This document shows positions 9,867-20,465 of a stretch of 64,000 nt of DNA, in pieces. The notes below the pieces were generated by a model, which was given only the letters and a program-made list of their open reading frames with translations, had not been told where the DNA came from and ran no database searches. A program made the translations under genes and the position numbers. Origin of the DNA: a virus; the IMG/VR virus record IMGVR_UViG_3300031257_000001, positions 32,001 through 96,000 of that record; one strand, 5' to 3'. The stretch's first letter is position 1, and every line of letters starts with the position of its first letter.

Positions 9867-11095
9867 TCCGCGTCTTGAAGGTGTTCCGCTTCACGAACAA
9901 CGAGCGGAGCCGTGTGATCATCGGGACCGGCGCCCGGCTCCACCCTAAACTGAACAAGCTGATGCTCAAGCTGTCCGGCGGAGGCTACCCCACAGGACCG
10001 GACATCCAGGTTGCAACGTGGCTCTCTGTGCCAAGGAGTGTCAAGAAGTGGCTGGTGTTCTTCGCTGACTCCGTGACGCCAAAGGATGGCTCGAATATCC
10101 AAGTGACGCACTTGGGCTACCGGCTTTCTGACGACGGTGTCACCCCCCTGTATTGGGACGGAGCGACGTGGCGAGCGCCGGTTGGATCAGAGTGGAACAC
10201 CGATGCCGAAGTCAACGTTGGCATCGAGTCATTCCCGGTGTCGAACACAGCCATCCAAGTCATCATCAACCTCCGGACCGATGACCCGGCCTTCACGCCC
10301 GAGGTCACCGAGGTGCGCCTGGCATACGAGTCAGACGTCCACTACCAGGAGGACTACATCAGGAGCCTCCTGCGTCTGATCCGTGAGCAGGTGAGGCCGA
10401 TCTCAGAGTACCAGCTGGAGGCCGATGGCCCGACTGACACAGTGGATCTGAACGCCATCGAGACGCCGTACAACATCGTTGGCGCTGATTCGGCCTTTGA
10501 CGCCACCGCCGATCCCAACCTTCAGACCGATTTGTTGGCTGGGTTCGACCCTGTCACCAAGGAAGTCACGCTGTCCACGCCGGTGCCAGATGGCAACACC
10601 ATACAGGTGCGCTTCTTGTACGAACCGGAAGTGGCGCTGACGACCAGCCAAGACTACACAGAGTTGGACAAGGTTCCTGCCATCGTCATCGATGACGTCA
10701 CGACCGGGCAGAGCCACGAGGTAAGCATGCAGCACGTCATCAACAAGGCCACGGGCGGTGGGCTAGCTTGGGACTCCCTGTTCCAGGTTGACATCGAAGT
10801 CCCGATGAGGATGGTCACAGACAAGGCAGTGGATCAACAGCGTCTCGCAGATGCGATGAAGACGCTTTTTGCCAGCAATCCGTTTCTGGTGTCGCTTGCA
10901 AGGGATGAGCGCTACCGGCTGTGGATGACCGATGAATATGACCAGCTAACCTTTCCAGCGCAATCGGAGCTTCACTCTGGAAGGCTTCGTGCCCGGATTG
11001 CCAAAGCGCTATTCTCCCCGACGGACGCCCGAACGATCACCGGTGTCAAGCGGGTCATAGTAACCGGCGGCAATCTTGAGCTGGAAGCACCATAG
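9863..11095 (+). CDS. Putative tail terminator with N-terminal extension
   Basis: Position directly before the sheath; KVPAIVI motif. Confidence 0.5.
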   Translation: MIRVLKVFRFTNNERSRVIIGTGARLHPKLNKLMLKLSGGGYPTGPDIQVATWLSVPRSVKKWLVFFADSVTPKDGSNIQVTHLGYRLSDDGVTPLYWDGATWRAPVGSEWNTDAEVNVGIESFPVSNTAIQVIINLRTDDPAFTPEVTEVRLAYESDVHYQEDYIRSLLRLIREQVRPISEYQLEADGPTDTVDLNAIETPYNIVGADSAFDATADPNLQTDLLAGFDPVTKEVTLSTPVPDGNTIQVRFLYEPEVALTTSQDYTELDKVPAIVIDDVTTGQSHEVSMQHVINKATGGGLAWDSLFQVDIEVPMRMVTDKAVDQQRLADAMKTLFASNPFLVSLARDERYRLWMTDEYDQLTFPAQSELHSGRLRARIAKALFSPTDARTITGVKRVIVTGGNLELEAP

Positions 11096-11108
11096 GAGAT
11101 GATGAGAC

Positions 11109-13424
11109 ATGGCAGTTCGTAGGTTCGGCCCGACTCGCGGCGCAGGTACACGGATTGAAGAGCAAGAGGGCGACAAGACCATCACCCCCGGCGCTCTTGG
11201 TTTTACTGGCTATGCCGGCATGTTCGAGAAGGGGCCTGTTGGGGCGATGAAGATTTGCACCACCAAGGCTGAATTCCTCAAGTGGTACGGCGGTGTCATC
11301 GACGAAAGCCTGGCGCCCGATTCGGCGCTGGACTTCTATGACTTGGCCAACGGCGCTGGTGGGATTGTTCTCATCAGGGTGACGGATGGCAACGAAGTGG
11401 AGTCAGAGCTGACTCTGTACGCTCGGGACGCTGATGACAACATTCCCATGGGCAAGGTGACCGCCAAGAACGGCGGCCGTTGGGGTGGCCGCGCCAAGGT
11501 GCTGGTGGGCGACCTCGACAGTTCTGGCGACCTGACGAATACGACGCTACAGCTGGGCGCCGCCATCGCCGCCAACTTCACCACCGATGAATGGAAGGAC
11601 GCATACATTGGGTTGGACGCGGTGGCCAACGAGCGTTACCCGGTGATTGGTAGCACCAACACGGGGCTCCTCACCGTTGCCGCAGACCAGAAGATGCTGG
11701 ACGATTGGAATGACGCGGCCGTCCCGACCAACCTGCGTTTCTACGCGATGTTGGAGGACAACGGGCGCAACATTGCCGTCAGGATCGATGACGGTGAAGA
11801 GGACAGCTCCGGCCAGTTCAGCTTGGAGATATTCCTGGACGGAGTGCCTGTCAAGAAGTACGGCAATCTCCATACGGACCCGACCCATGCGCGCTACTGG
11901 GTTGAGGTCATCAACAGCGACCTCGGGAACGCATGGATTGACGTGGAGGACCTGTTCACGGGCGCACACACAGCCAGCACGCGCGCGGCCAACTTCTATG
12001 GCGCTTCGGTTTCCGTCACCGCAACCAAGCTGGACATCGATCTGCGCAAGCTGCAGCTCAACTGCCCTTCGGGAGCCGTCCCGACGTTGGTCATGGGGAC
12101 CACCATCGCTGAGCACATGGCGCAGGTGTTGACGCTGACCATGACCAGTGCCTCTGACTTCACAGTTGTGTCCGATAAATTCGGTGCAATTGGATCTGGA
12201 ACGTTGGGGGTGGAATTCTTGACGGCAGTTCCAACCTTCAACAAGTTCGTTCCGCCATTCACGATGGACAACGGTACTGGCTCACTGGCCTCCGGCGACA
12301 TCATCGCCGTTCACTACGTCCCCTTGCCTGCCAACGACCTCGTGGGTGGCAGACTGTGGCCTGACAAGCCGAACTTCTCGCTGGATGAGTTCAGAATCGT
12401 CGCCAACGATCATGAGAGCGTCACGGTCGCCCCGGGCGCAGACCTCACCGCTCTCGCGACTCCGGGCGATGAGTACATGATTGCAGCTCCCATCCCGCTG
12501 GTGAGCGGTCGCGATGGGAACGCGGATGTGTTGGACACTGACTACGAGGACCAGGCGTGGGACACCTCGGACAGTCCGTTCAACGACATCGACGGCAAGA
12601 ACTTGGGCTTGGTTAAGTTCGGCACCCCCGGCGTCACCTCCACTTCCGTCCAGAAGGCCGGTGTGGCCTACGCAGAGGCCAAGAATCACCAGTACAGGGT
12701 GGAGGTGCCAGCAAACGTCACGACCGACAACGGCGCGTTGTCGTACATCAACGACACCATCGGGCGCTCCGACCACAGCGTGGTCAGCTTCCCGTCCTAT
12801 GGCAACGTGCCCGACCCGAACCCTGAAGCACAGCGCGAGGGCAGAACCAAGCTCACCACTGCCACTGGGATGATCCACGGCCGCGAAGCCTCCATGGTGC
12901 GTGACTACGAGGGTTATCACAAGGCGGCAGCCGGCGTGGATGCCACGTTGCCCAAGCTCTTGGCCATCCCGACCGGCGACCGCAAGTTGGATGAGGAGCG
13001 CCTGAACCCGGCAGGGATCAGCATCATCAGGAAGGTGCGCGGTGGCTTTGTCATCTGGGGCGACCGGACCCTGAACCGCGACCCCAATTGGAAGTGGAAG
13101 CACCAGCGCGAGCAGATGTCGTACTACGAGCATGTGCTCCAGGAAAACTTTGATTTCATCATCTTTGCCATCAACGATCCTGACACTGATCGCTTGGCAG
13201 AGACCACGCTGGTTGCATTCTTCCTTCCCGAGTTCGTGAAGCGAGCGTTGCGCGGCGACACGTTCCAGGCAGCAGCCATCATCAAGGTGGATGAAGAGCT
13301 CAATATGAACGCCACACGGGACGCCGGCGACCTCTATGCTGAGGTGTCGCTCCGACTCGCGGACACGGTGGAGCGGTTCATCATCCGCATCGGCAAGCAG
13401 GGCATTTTCGAGCAGGTGGCATAA
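11109..13424 (+). CDS. Contractile tail sheath protein
   Basis: FEKGPVG, IRVTDG, AKNGGRWG, VIWGDRTL, FAIND motifs; AGGAG RBS. Confidence 0.92.
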   Translation: MAVRRFGPTRGAGTRIEEQEGDKTITPGALGFTGYAGMFEKGPVGAMKICTTKAEFLKWYGGVIDESLAPDSALDFYDLANGAGGIVLIRVTDGNEVESELTLYARDADDNIPMGKVTAKNGGRWGGRAKVLVGDLDSSGDLTNTTLQLGAAIAANFTTDEWKDAYIGLDAVANERYPVIGSTNTGLLTVAADQKMLDDWNDAAVPTNLRFYAMLEDNGRNIAVRIDDGEEDSSGQFSLEIFLDGVPVKKYGNLHTDPTHARYWVEVINSDLGNAWIDVEDLFTGAHTASTRAANFYGASVSVTATKLDIDLRKLQLNCPSGAVPTLVMGTTIAEHMAQVLTLTMTSASDFTVVSDKFGAIGSGTLGVEFLTAVPTFNKFVPPFTMDNGTGSLASGDIIAVHYVPLPANDLVGGRLWPDKPNFSLDEFRIVANDHESVTVAPGADLTALATPGDEYMIAAPIPLVSGRDGNADVLDTDYEDQAWDTSDSPFNDIDGKNLGLVKFGTPGVTSTSVQKAGVAYAEAKNHQYRVEVPANVTTDNGALSYINDTIGRSDHSVVSFPSYGNVPDPNPEAQREGRTKLTTATGMIHGREASMVRDYEGYHKAAAGVDATLPKLLAIPTGDRKLDEERLNPAGISIIRKVRGGFVIWGDRTLNRDPNWKWKHQREQMSYYEHVLQENFDFIIFAINDPDTDRLAETTLVAFFLPEFVKRALRGDTFQAAAIIKVDEELNMNATRDAGDLYAEVSLRLADTVERFIIRIGKQGIFEQVA

Positions 13425-13451
13425 TCAGAGCCGCCAGGGAGTGACACGACC

Positions 13452-13916
13452 ATGAGAGCAATTCTGAAGCGCAGCCTGGGAGAGGGCGGTTCATTCATCG
13501 GCGACTCGCACGGTGATGACAACCTGTACGATGTGCTCAAGGCACTCGCCTTGGCAGCGTGCGAATCGGTGGACGTCCTGCAAGCGACACCCTCGGCCGC
13601 GGTGATTGCCAGCAAGCTGATCAAGGAGCCCACGAGGCTGTCCGGGTTCGGCATCAGCCTCGGCACCACAGGGACCGTGTCGGGGACCACGACCGTCATC
13701 GTCAACAAGAATGGCACGCCATTGGTGGGCGTCACGCTGTCCATCGCCTACACCGAGGACGATGGCACGTCAAAGTTCCTGTCGGCTGACGACTTCGGTG
13801 ACATCGACTTCGATCAGGGGGACATCCTCACGATCGAGACCACAGTGGCGACATCCACTGGCCCGGCAAACCTGTTGGCCACTGCCGAACTCAACCCCAT
13901 CAAGGTGGAGGCGTAA
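13452..13916 (+). CDS. Small structural protein between sheath and tube
   Basis: GGGAG RBS; beta-sandwich-like sequence (VNKNGT...GDILTIE). Confidence 0.6.
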   Translation: MRAILKRSLGEGGSFIGDSHGDDNLYDVLKALALAACESVDVLQATPSAAVIASKLIKEPTRLSGFGISLGTTGTVSGTTTVIVNKNGTPLVGVTLSIAYTEDDGTSKFLSADDFGDIDFDQGDILTIETTVATSTGPANLLATAELNPIKVEA

Positions 13917-13974
13917 GCCGAAATCCACCCTGCCGGAGGCTTCCCAAGGCTGACCTGCCGATTGGAGACACGAG

Positions 13975-14412
13975 ATGAAGGGCGAGATCCAACCAGACCA
14001 CATCCCGCTGAACAAGTATGAGTTCCTGGTCATAGGACTCATTCCACTGACGGCCGTGGAGGTCAGCGGCATCGAGGATGAGCTGGAGACCACCCAGCTG
14101 CCCGATCGCACCGTCGCCTCCGGCGGGAACCGCGGACCCACCGAGTTCGAGCTTACCATCCCGATGCACCACCAGACGGAGCGCGCCGCCATGGAGGTGT
14201 GGTTCAGGGAAAGCCAGGACCCGGTGCTGCCGACATACAAAAAACCCTGCACGCTTCTCCACAAGAGCATCAGCGGCGCCACCACGTGTTCATACACGCT
14301 CGTGGGGGTGTTCCCCAAGAAGCGGGCGCTGCCTGATTTGGATAAGGCGAACGAGGGCGAGCTGGCGAACGTGGTATGGACCATGTCAGCTGACGACGTG
14401 TTCCCGCTGTAG
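13975..14412 (+). CDS. Tail tube protein
   Basis: NKYEF, EVSGIE and YTLVGVFP motifs of T4 gp19-like tubes; position. Confidence 0.8.
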   Translation: MKGEIQPDHIPLNKYEFLVIGLIPLTAVEVSGIEDELETTQLPDRTVASGGNRGPTEFELTIPMHHQTERAAMEVWFRESQDPVLPTYKKPCTLLHKSISGATTCSYTLVGVFPKKRALPDLDKANEGELANVVWTMSADDVFPL

Positions 14413-14432
14413 CGCGTACCGCAACAACAGAA

Positions 14433-14446
14433 CCACCGTTCGGTGG
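14433..14446 (+). other. Short hairpin downstream of the tube gene
   Basis: CCACC-GTTC-GGTGG inverted repeat, no U tract. Confidence 0.35.
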
Positions 14447-14488
14447 ACCTATCAAGGCGGGCCATGACTCGCCGATTGGAGGTGGCCG

Positions 14489-15367
14489 ATGACAGAACAG
14501 AAAGCAGTCTTTGAGGCTCCGACCGAGGCGCCGGCGGAGTCTGGTGAGGCGTCAAAGCGCCGAATCGTTACGATGGAGGCATGGGGCAAGAAGCTCCCCA
14601 TCGGCATCCCGACCGCGGAAGGACTGCTGAACAAGAGCTTCAGCACCCGGCCTTGGAAAACCAAGGACGAACGCAAGTTGGGGAAGCTCAAGAAGCCCGA
14701 CATGAGCTTGGGTAGCTACGTGGGGGCCATCGTGGCCACCATGTGCGACTCCATCGGCGACACGAACCTATCCGCCATCGAAAAGCAGGAGGAACGACAA
14801 GTCCACATACAGCGCATGTACATGGGCGACGTGTTCTACATCTACTGCTGGCTGCGTCACGAGGCGATGGGCGACCAACTCAAAGTGAGCTTCACCTGCC
14901 CAACTTGTCAAAAGAAGCTGCCATATGTGGGCAACCTACTGACGTCCGAGGTGGCCGTGGTGGACAGCATCGAGGCGCTGCGCTGGGCGCATGAACTACA
15001 TGATCCAATCCGGCTCCGTGGCAAGGATGTGACCAAGTTCCAGATGTCCACATCACGGTGGTCAACGATCGATGGCCACCGTGGCTCACGTGACGACGCA
15101 AACGCCAAGGTCACCGCGGTCCGCGGCTCCATCGTCGCCCTCAATGACGATAATGACGCGGTCGCCCTCGGGGAAGCGGAGCTTGATGATCTCACCAAGC
15201 GCGACCTGGAGGCGTTGGCAGAGCAAATTGACGAGCGCTTCATGGGGCCGAACATGGCTCTGGAAGGGAAGTGCACCCCGGAGATGTGCCCCATGGGTGG
15301 GGGCTACGATTTCAGGGTGCCCATTGACTGGAGTTACAACAGTTTTTTCAGTGGTTCCTCCAAGTAA
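14489..15367 (+). CDS. Tail assembly chaperone (T4 gp26-like, CxxC)
   Basis: MYMGD.FY...LR, FTCPTC and terminal FF motif; lies between tube and tape measure genes. Confidence 0.75.
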   Translation: MTEQKAVFEAPTEAPAESGEASKRRIVTMEAWGKKLPIGIPTAEGLLNKSFSTRPWKTKDERKLGKLKKPDMSLGSYVGAIVATMCDSIGDTNLSAIEKQEERQVHIQRMYMGDVFYIYCWLRHEAMGDQLKVSFTCPTCQKKLPYVGNLLTSEVAVVDSIEALRWAHELHDPIRLRGKDVTKFQMSTSRWSTIDGHRGSRDDANAKVTAVRGSIVALNDDNDAVALGEAELDDLTKRDLEALAEQIDERFMGPNMALEGKCTPEMCPMGGGYDFRVPIDWSYNSFFSGSSK

Positions 15368-15573
15368 AAAATCCCGCCCTAATCCGCAAGGAGGTGTTCC
15401 TGCTTTCCTATGGTACCAAGGGCGGGTTCACCTATGGCGACATCATGGAGATGGAGCCATCGGAGCGGGAGGCGTACTTGGAGGTGCTGAACGAGCAACT
15501 GGAGCGCGAGAACCGGGAGATCAAGCGCGCCCAAGGTAAAACTAAGGGCGGTAGGAGCAAGCCCCGCAAATAG
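15343..15573 (+). CDS. -1 frameshift extension of the tail chaperone (gpGT-like)
   Basis: Slippery T TTT TTC at 15343-15349. The -1 frame reads FFQWFLQVKNPALIRKEVFLLSY...DIMEMEPSEREAYLEVLNEQLERE...RK*. Confidence 0.8.
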   Translation, partial: FFQWFLQVKNPALIRKEVFLLSYGTKGGFTYGDIMEMEPSEREAYLEVLNEQLERENREIKRAQGKTKGGRSKPRK

Positions 15574-15585
15574 AGGCAAATCAAG

Positions 15586-18237
15586 ATGGCACTGGAGCGA
15601 GTTGGACTAGGCGGCATGATGACGTTCAACGCCGCGCGGGCCGTTCGCGGAATGAACCAGGCCTCGACTGCCGCCGGCCGACTCCAAGCATCCACAACCC
15701 GACTGAGCGCCGCTACGGCCCGGAGTGGCGGCGTGTATCGGGACGCCAGCGGGAAGTTCCGCGACGCATCTGGCCGCTTTGCCAAGATGCCGCAGACGAT
15801 GAACCGGGCGTCGATGAGCTTCCAGAAGTTCGGATCGACCGCCGGCGGCGTTGTCAGCAGCGTGGGAAGGGGCGTCCAGCGGCTTGGAGGTGCCATCACC
15901 AAGTTGGGGATGGCTGCCACCGCCCTCGGTGTGGTGTTCGGGCTCGGGGTCAAGAAGGCAGCCGACTTCGAGCAACAGATGTCGGCGGTGAAAGCCATCA
16001 CCGGAGCCACGGGTGCGGACTTCGCGCGGCTGGAGGACAAAGCCAAGCAGATGGGCGCGACCACTGTGTTCAGCGCAACACAGTCGGGTGAGGCCATGGA
16101 AGCTCTTGCCCGGGCCGGCTTCAGCACCTCCGAGACGATTGATGCCCTCGGGGGTGTCATGGCGGCCGCTGCCGCAGACTCCATGCCGTTGGCAACGGCT
16201 GCCCAGATCACATCCCAGGTGATCAGAGCCATGGGGTTGGAGGCAGGGGAGGCAAACCGTGTGGCAGACGTGCTCGCGTTGACCAGCGCGCGCACGAACA
16301 CCGATATCATCGGCCTCGGGGAGGCGTTCAAGTTCGCCGCTGCCCAGTCCAAGATCATGGGAATCGATCTGGAGACCACCGCGTCTGCCATCGGTGTGAT
16401 CTCAGACGCCGGCATCCGTGGAACCCTCGCTGGCACATCCTTCACGAACATGTTGGTCAAGCTGTCTCGGCCGAGTAGCAAAGCCACCAAGCTCATGAAG
16501 AAGTATGGCATGGCAGTCTTTGAAACTGCCGAGGGGAATCTGGACTTGCGCAAGACGCTCGCCAGCGTGGGCGCCGGTCTGAAGGATGTCACCTCAAAGA
16601 CCAAGCGCGCGGCCGCGATCACCGAGATATTCGGGATCAGGGGCCAGAAGGCCGTCAGCGCTATCGACCAGGCCATCACCTCCGGGAAGTTTGCCACCCT
16701 GTCCGCGGAGCTGGACAAGGCAAATGGCAAGGCCAAGGAGATGGCCGAAGTCAGACTGGCCAATCTGCATGGTGCCATCACCCTCGCCAAGTCTGCCATG
16801 GAGGGATTCTGGATTGAGACGGCCGGGCTGTTCCTGGGGCCGATTCAGGGGAAGATCAAGGGATTCACCAAATTGCTAGGTGGTGTTGTCACCGCATTGC
16901 AGCTCATTAGCACAGGGGTGGATGAAAATGACGAAAGGTGGCGAAAGCTTTCCCCAACCGTGAGGTCTGTTGCCAAAGGGATTCGCCAAGGAATCGACGA
17001 CATCAAAGCTGGCGTGAAATGGTTAGGTTCACAGTGGGATGCGCTGATGACGCAATTCGGTGTGACCTCGCCTGAGACGATACAGTGGATTTCACGCATA
17101 GCTACTGTCCTCGCCATTGCTGCCGCAGTGTTGGGCCCTGTTATTCTTGTTGCAGGAATGGCACTAACGGCGATTGGGGGTGTGATTGCTGCTATCGGCG
17201 CCGGGATTGCTGCCATCGCAGCAGCTGGGTGGCCACTCATCCTCGCTGCAATTGGCGCAGCGGTCAGTGCCATAGCCATGGTGGCTACGGCAATTGGAGT
17301 GGTTCTGGGCGTTTTGGCCGTGTTGAAAGCTGATGGGATCAAAGTCTCAGAAGCATTGCGTTTGGGGATACAGCTAGTTTCAGCAGCATGGAATTGGCTA
17401 GTTCAAAACGCCATCAAGCCATTCACCGACGCCATCAAGAAGGAAGTCCTTCCAGTATTTGTCAAATTCAAAGCATCCGCACAGACCACACTGATGTACA
17501 TCTCCATGAAGTGGAGTGAGGTATTCAGTGGTGCCATTCAGATTGTGCGAAGGCTGACACCAGTTTTCAGGCTGGTATTCCGCACGCTGGGCAAAATCGT
17601 TGGAGCATTTGCCGCTGTTACCGGAATTGCGATGCGTGCAATCGTCCAATTCACCCGTCCTGTGATCGGTGCATTTGTGGCCATTGGAAAGGTGATAGTG
17701 GAATCCGTCATCAGCGTTTTGATCAAGATGGTGGCCATATTGGTAAAGGCCGGGGATGCTATCAAGGCTGTGACTGGAAAGGATCTGATTCCAAAGGAAC
17801 TACGTGAAATTGGCACCACCAATTTTGAATTCTTGCCAACAGGCGCGCCAGACACCTCTGTGGCCGGTTTGATAGGGAAGGGGACCGGAACCAGAGATGT
17901 GGCGGGGATGATCGACTGGACACTGGAGGACATGGCCAACACCATTGGTGAGGGCGTCGCGCAAGGAGCAACAGAAGGTGTGTCTGATGGGTTGGCAAAA
18001 CAGAAAGGGGCTGCATCAGCGCCCGGAAGCACCAAAGTGGATCTCAGCGTTGGTGGTGGAGCGCCAATCAAGGTTGACACAAAGGTTGACATCGATGGAC
18101 ATGAAGTTGCAAGGGCAACAGGCCACGCAAGGCTGGAAATATCTGAACGGGCTGGATTCCAAGCAACTCCATGGCAACGTCGACTGATCATTGAACAAGG
18201 ATTCGCACCATCAGGCGGAATGACGGGAGGGTTTTAG
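15586..18237 (+). CDS. Tape measure protein (TP901 family core)
   Basis: AADFEQQMSAVKA, T.FSA.Q.GEAM..LARAG, GI.G..AGT motifs and a hydrophobic segment. Confidence 0.92.
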   Translation: MALERVGLGGMMTFNAARAVRGMNQASTAAGRLQASTTRLSAATARSGGVYRDASGKFRDASGRFAKMPQTMNRASMSFQKFGSTAGGVVSSVGRGVQRLGGAITKLGMAATALGVVFGLGVKKAADFEQQMSAVKAITGATGADFARLEDKAKQMGATTVFSATQSGEAMEALARAGFSTSETIDALGGVMAAAAADSMPLATAAQITSQVIRAMGLEAGEANRVADVLALTSARTNTDIIGLGEAFKFAAAQSKIMGIDLETTASAIGVISDAGIRGTLAGTSFTNMLVKLSRPSSKATKLMKKYGMAVFETAEGNLDLRKTLASVGAGLKDVTSKTKRAAAITEIFGIRGQKAVSAIDQAITSGKFATLSAELDKANGKAKEMAEVRLANLHGAITLAKSAMEGFWIETAGLFLGPIQGKIKGFTKLLGGVVTALQLISTGVDENDERWRKLSPTVRSVAKGIRQGIDDIKAGVKWLGSQWDALMTQFGVTSPETIQWISRIATVLAIAAAVLGPVILVAGMALTAIGGVIAAIGAGIAAIAAAGWPLILAAIGAAVSAIAMVATAIGVVLGVLAVLKADGIKVSEALRLGIQLVSAAWNWLVQNAIKPFTDAIKKEVLPVFVKFKASAQTTLMYISMKWSEVFSGAIQIVRRLTPVFRLVFRTLGKIVGAFAAVTGIAMRAIVQFTRPVIGAFVAIGKVIVESVISVLIKMVAILVKAGDAIKAVTGKDLIPKELREIGTTNFEFLPTGAPDTSVAGLIGKGTGTRDVAGMIDWTLEDMANTIGEGVAQGATEGVSDGLAKQKGAASAPGSTKVDLSVGGGAPIKVDTKVDIDGHEVARATGHARLEISERAGFQATPWQRRLIIEQGFAPSGGMTGGF

Positions 18238-19056
18238 ATGGGACTTGGACACGCTGCCATAGGCATCGGTGCGACACTCTTAAGCAAATTCCTGTCGCTC
18301 AAGACGTGGACGCTCACAAACAACGACAGCCGTGAGGTACTCAAAGGTCAGTTCCCGGCTGAAAATGTTACCCGAGGTGCTGGGAGCAATTACCAAGTCA
18401 CAACCGCACTGAATCGCCAGAATCCCATTATCCAGTTTATCAATGGCGAGTTGGACACATTGAGCGTCCAGTCGCGCTTCTGGCGCAAAGATCTGTTCGA
18501 TGAGGCTCCCACCGACCGCATCGACAAGCTTCTGGAATGGACTCGTGTTGACAAAAAGCTCAGACGGCCGCCGATATTGACTTTTGCTCTGGGCGATGGC
18601 TTGGGACTTACGATGCAAGTTGTCCTGGAAAAGGTGGACAGCATCGTGTATGGGAACCCGAACGCGCTAGGTGGCATCCGCGAGGTTTCGTTCAGTCTGT
18701 CGATGCGTTCGCAGGTTCCGTTCGACATCAACGAGACCGAGGTTACCGACACACGTTATCACCGCGTCAAAGAAGGTGAATTCTATGAGTTGATTGCACA
18801 ACGTGAGTATGGCAATCCCATGCTAGGGATCTTCATCCGGCGTTTACATCCGACCAAGCCGATCGCAAACCCTGGTGATGTGGTGAAACTCCCGGCAGTT
18901 GAGACTGCCAGAATTGCCGATTTACAACCTGACAGTACCCCTCTCAAAACAGCATTTGGCAACAAGGACACAGAACAGCGACGGAACCGCATTCGGCATT
19001 TTGAATTACGTTCTGAATCCAGCGTGTCGTTTCTGTTCCAGTCGGCAAGGAAGTGA
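18238..19056 (+). CDS. Tail tube initiator / LysM baseplate protein (P2 gpU+gpX-like)
   Basis: PIIQFING, RPPIL.F, C-terminal LysM-like VKEGE...IA.REYGNP. Confidence 0.75.
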   Translation: MGLGHAAIGIGATLLSKFLSLKTWTLTNNDSREVLKGQFPAENVTRGAGSNYQVTTALNRQNPIIQFINGELDTLSVQSRFWRKDLFDEAPTDRIDKLLEWTRVDKKLRRPPILTFALGDGLGLTMQVVLEKVDSIVYGNPNALGGIREVSFSLSMRSQVPFDINETEVTDTRYHRVKEGEFYELIAQREYGNPMLGIFIRRLHPTKPIANPGDVVKLPAVETARIADLQPDSTPLKTAFGNKDTEQRRNRIRHFELRSESSVSFLFQSARK

Positions 19057-19061
19057 TGTAG

Positions 19062-20465
19062 ATGGTTGATGGTTCGGCCGGAGCAGCATCGGGAGCTTCT
19101 GCATATGGTGAATCCAAATCAGTCTCACCATATGCTCCTGGTGACATCTCATCAAATGCTATTGGTTACACATTGAGCGTCAACAACAAGGCGATCAATG
19201 CAGGGATCCGACGGCTCGTCCAGCGCGTGGAATTCGAGTCCAGCGACGGCATGGCGGACCTTGCCCGGCTCAATATCATCGACCCCATTGACGACCAAGG
19301 GAACCTCCCCATCCGCGATTCCCAGACGTTCGCAGTCGGCAACACGCTCGGAATCTTTGGCGGATATGGCGGAAACATCAAGCACATCGGCCATGCTGTT
19401 ATTCGCAGAGTCCGCACGGTGTACCCGCAGGAGGGACAACCCACAATGCAGATTGTGGGTTACAGTCGTGACTCCGAAATGGCAGATAACAGTCCACCAC
19501 CTCTGACTGATGTGGAACAGGCGGAGCAGGAGGCAATCCAGGAGGCGCAAGGCGGAGGGCGGAAGCGCCGGGGGAAGGGCCCGAAGCCGGGCCGGCGCTT
19601 CGCTGACGCCAAGTTCAGCGAAGCTGTGCGGTTACGGGCTGAACAGTATGGGTTCGATATTGATGTGGATGACACTCCGGATCCGCCCCACGACTTCATC
19701 CAGAAGGTCGGCCTGTCGGACTATGACTTTGTACAGGGGCTGTCGAACATCACGGGCTTCATGTTCTGGGTAGATTCCAACAAGGATGGCAAGTGGATGC
19801 TCCACTTCAAGGATCCCGACAAGATCAAGCCTGGAGACCTCGGGCAAGACAAGGAGCACAACTTCAAGTGGAATGAGGGTGACTTCTCCACGCTGCTGAC
19901 TTTCGAGCCCGAGATTGCCATTCAGGGCTCGGTCACACAATTCAAGGCGGTGGCCAAGGACGCCATCACCGGGCAAACAGTGGAAGTGGATCTCAAGGAG
20001 GATGCGGACACGCCCGACCCGGTGAGCCCTCCCGGCGGCTCAACGTTCGACCTGGACAACCCGCCTCAGCTGCGAGAGGTCGGGCAGAACGTCGTGACTG
20101 GCGAGCTGGTCTCTGGTTCGTCCATCAAGCTGTACGTGGGCGACTTCAGCTTTGGGATCAAGGCGAACCGGCGCTTCAAGGATGCTGACGAGCTGTCCCG
20201 ATGGGCTCGCCAGTGGTGGCGACGGAACCGCGACAACTTCATCCAGGCACGCTGCCGCCTCATCGGCGTGGAGACGCTCCGCGCCCGCCAGACGCACGTC
20301 CTCAGCGGGGTGGGCGTGGCCCTCACAGGTCAGTACTACTTTACGCGGGTGAGACACACATTCGATGGGAACGGCTACAGTCTCGACTGCAATGTGCGGA
20401 AGATCATCGTGGCACCACCCCCGGCGGCGTCTGTGGCGTTTCTGAGTCCACCGGGAGCCTTTTGA
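19062..20465 (+). CDS. Baseplate hub (late control D / gp27-like)
   Basis: Q...SDYDFV..L....GF.FWV and G.G..L.G.YY.T.VRH.F...GY motifs. Confidence 0.85.
   Translation: MVDGSAGAASGASAYGESKSVSPYAPGDISSNAIGYTLSVNNKAINAGIRRLVQRVEFESSDGMADLARLNIIDPIDDQGNLPIRDSQTFAVGNTLGIFGGYGGNIKHIGHAVIRRVRTVYPQEGQPTMQIVGYSRDSEMADNSPPPLTDVEQAEQEAIQEAQGGGRKRRGKGPKPGRRFADAKFSEAVRLRAEQYGFDIDVDDTPDPPHDFIQKVGLSDYDFVQGLSNITGFMFWVDSNKDGKWMLHFKDPDKIKPGDLGQDKEHNFKWNEGDFSTLLTFEPEIAIQGSVTQFKAVAKDAITGQTVEVDLKEDADTPDPVSPPGGSTFDLDNPPQLREVGQNVVTGELVSGSSIKLYVGDFSFGIKANRRFKDADELSRWARQWWRRNRDNFIQARCRLIGVETLRARQTHVLSGVGVALTGQYYFTRVRHTFDGNGYSLDCNVRKIIVAPPPAASVAFLSPPGAF

Noticed and set aside
15432-16799. 455-aa minus-strand ORF in the tape measure gene (and similar ones at 57751-58941, 41709-42326, 26146-27225)
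   Set aside because: Antisense shadows of strongly biased + strand genes; Ser-rich nonsense translations.
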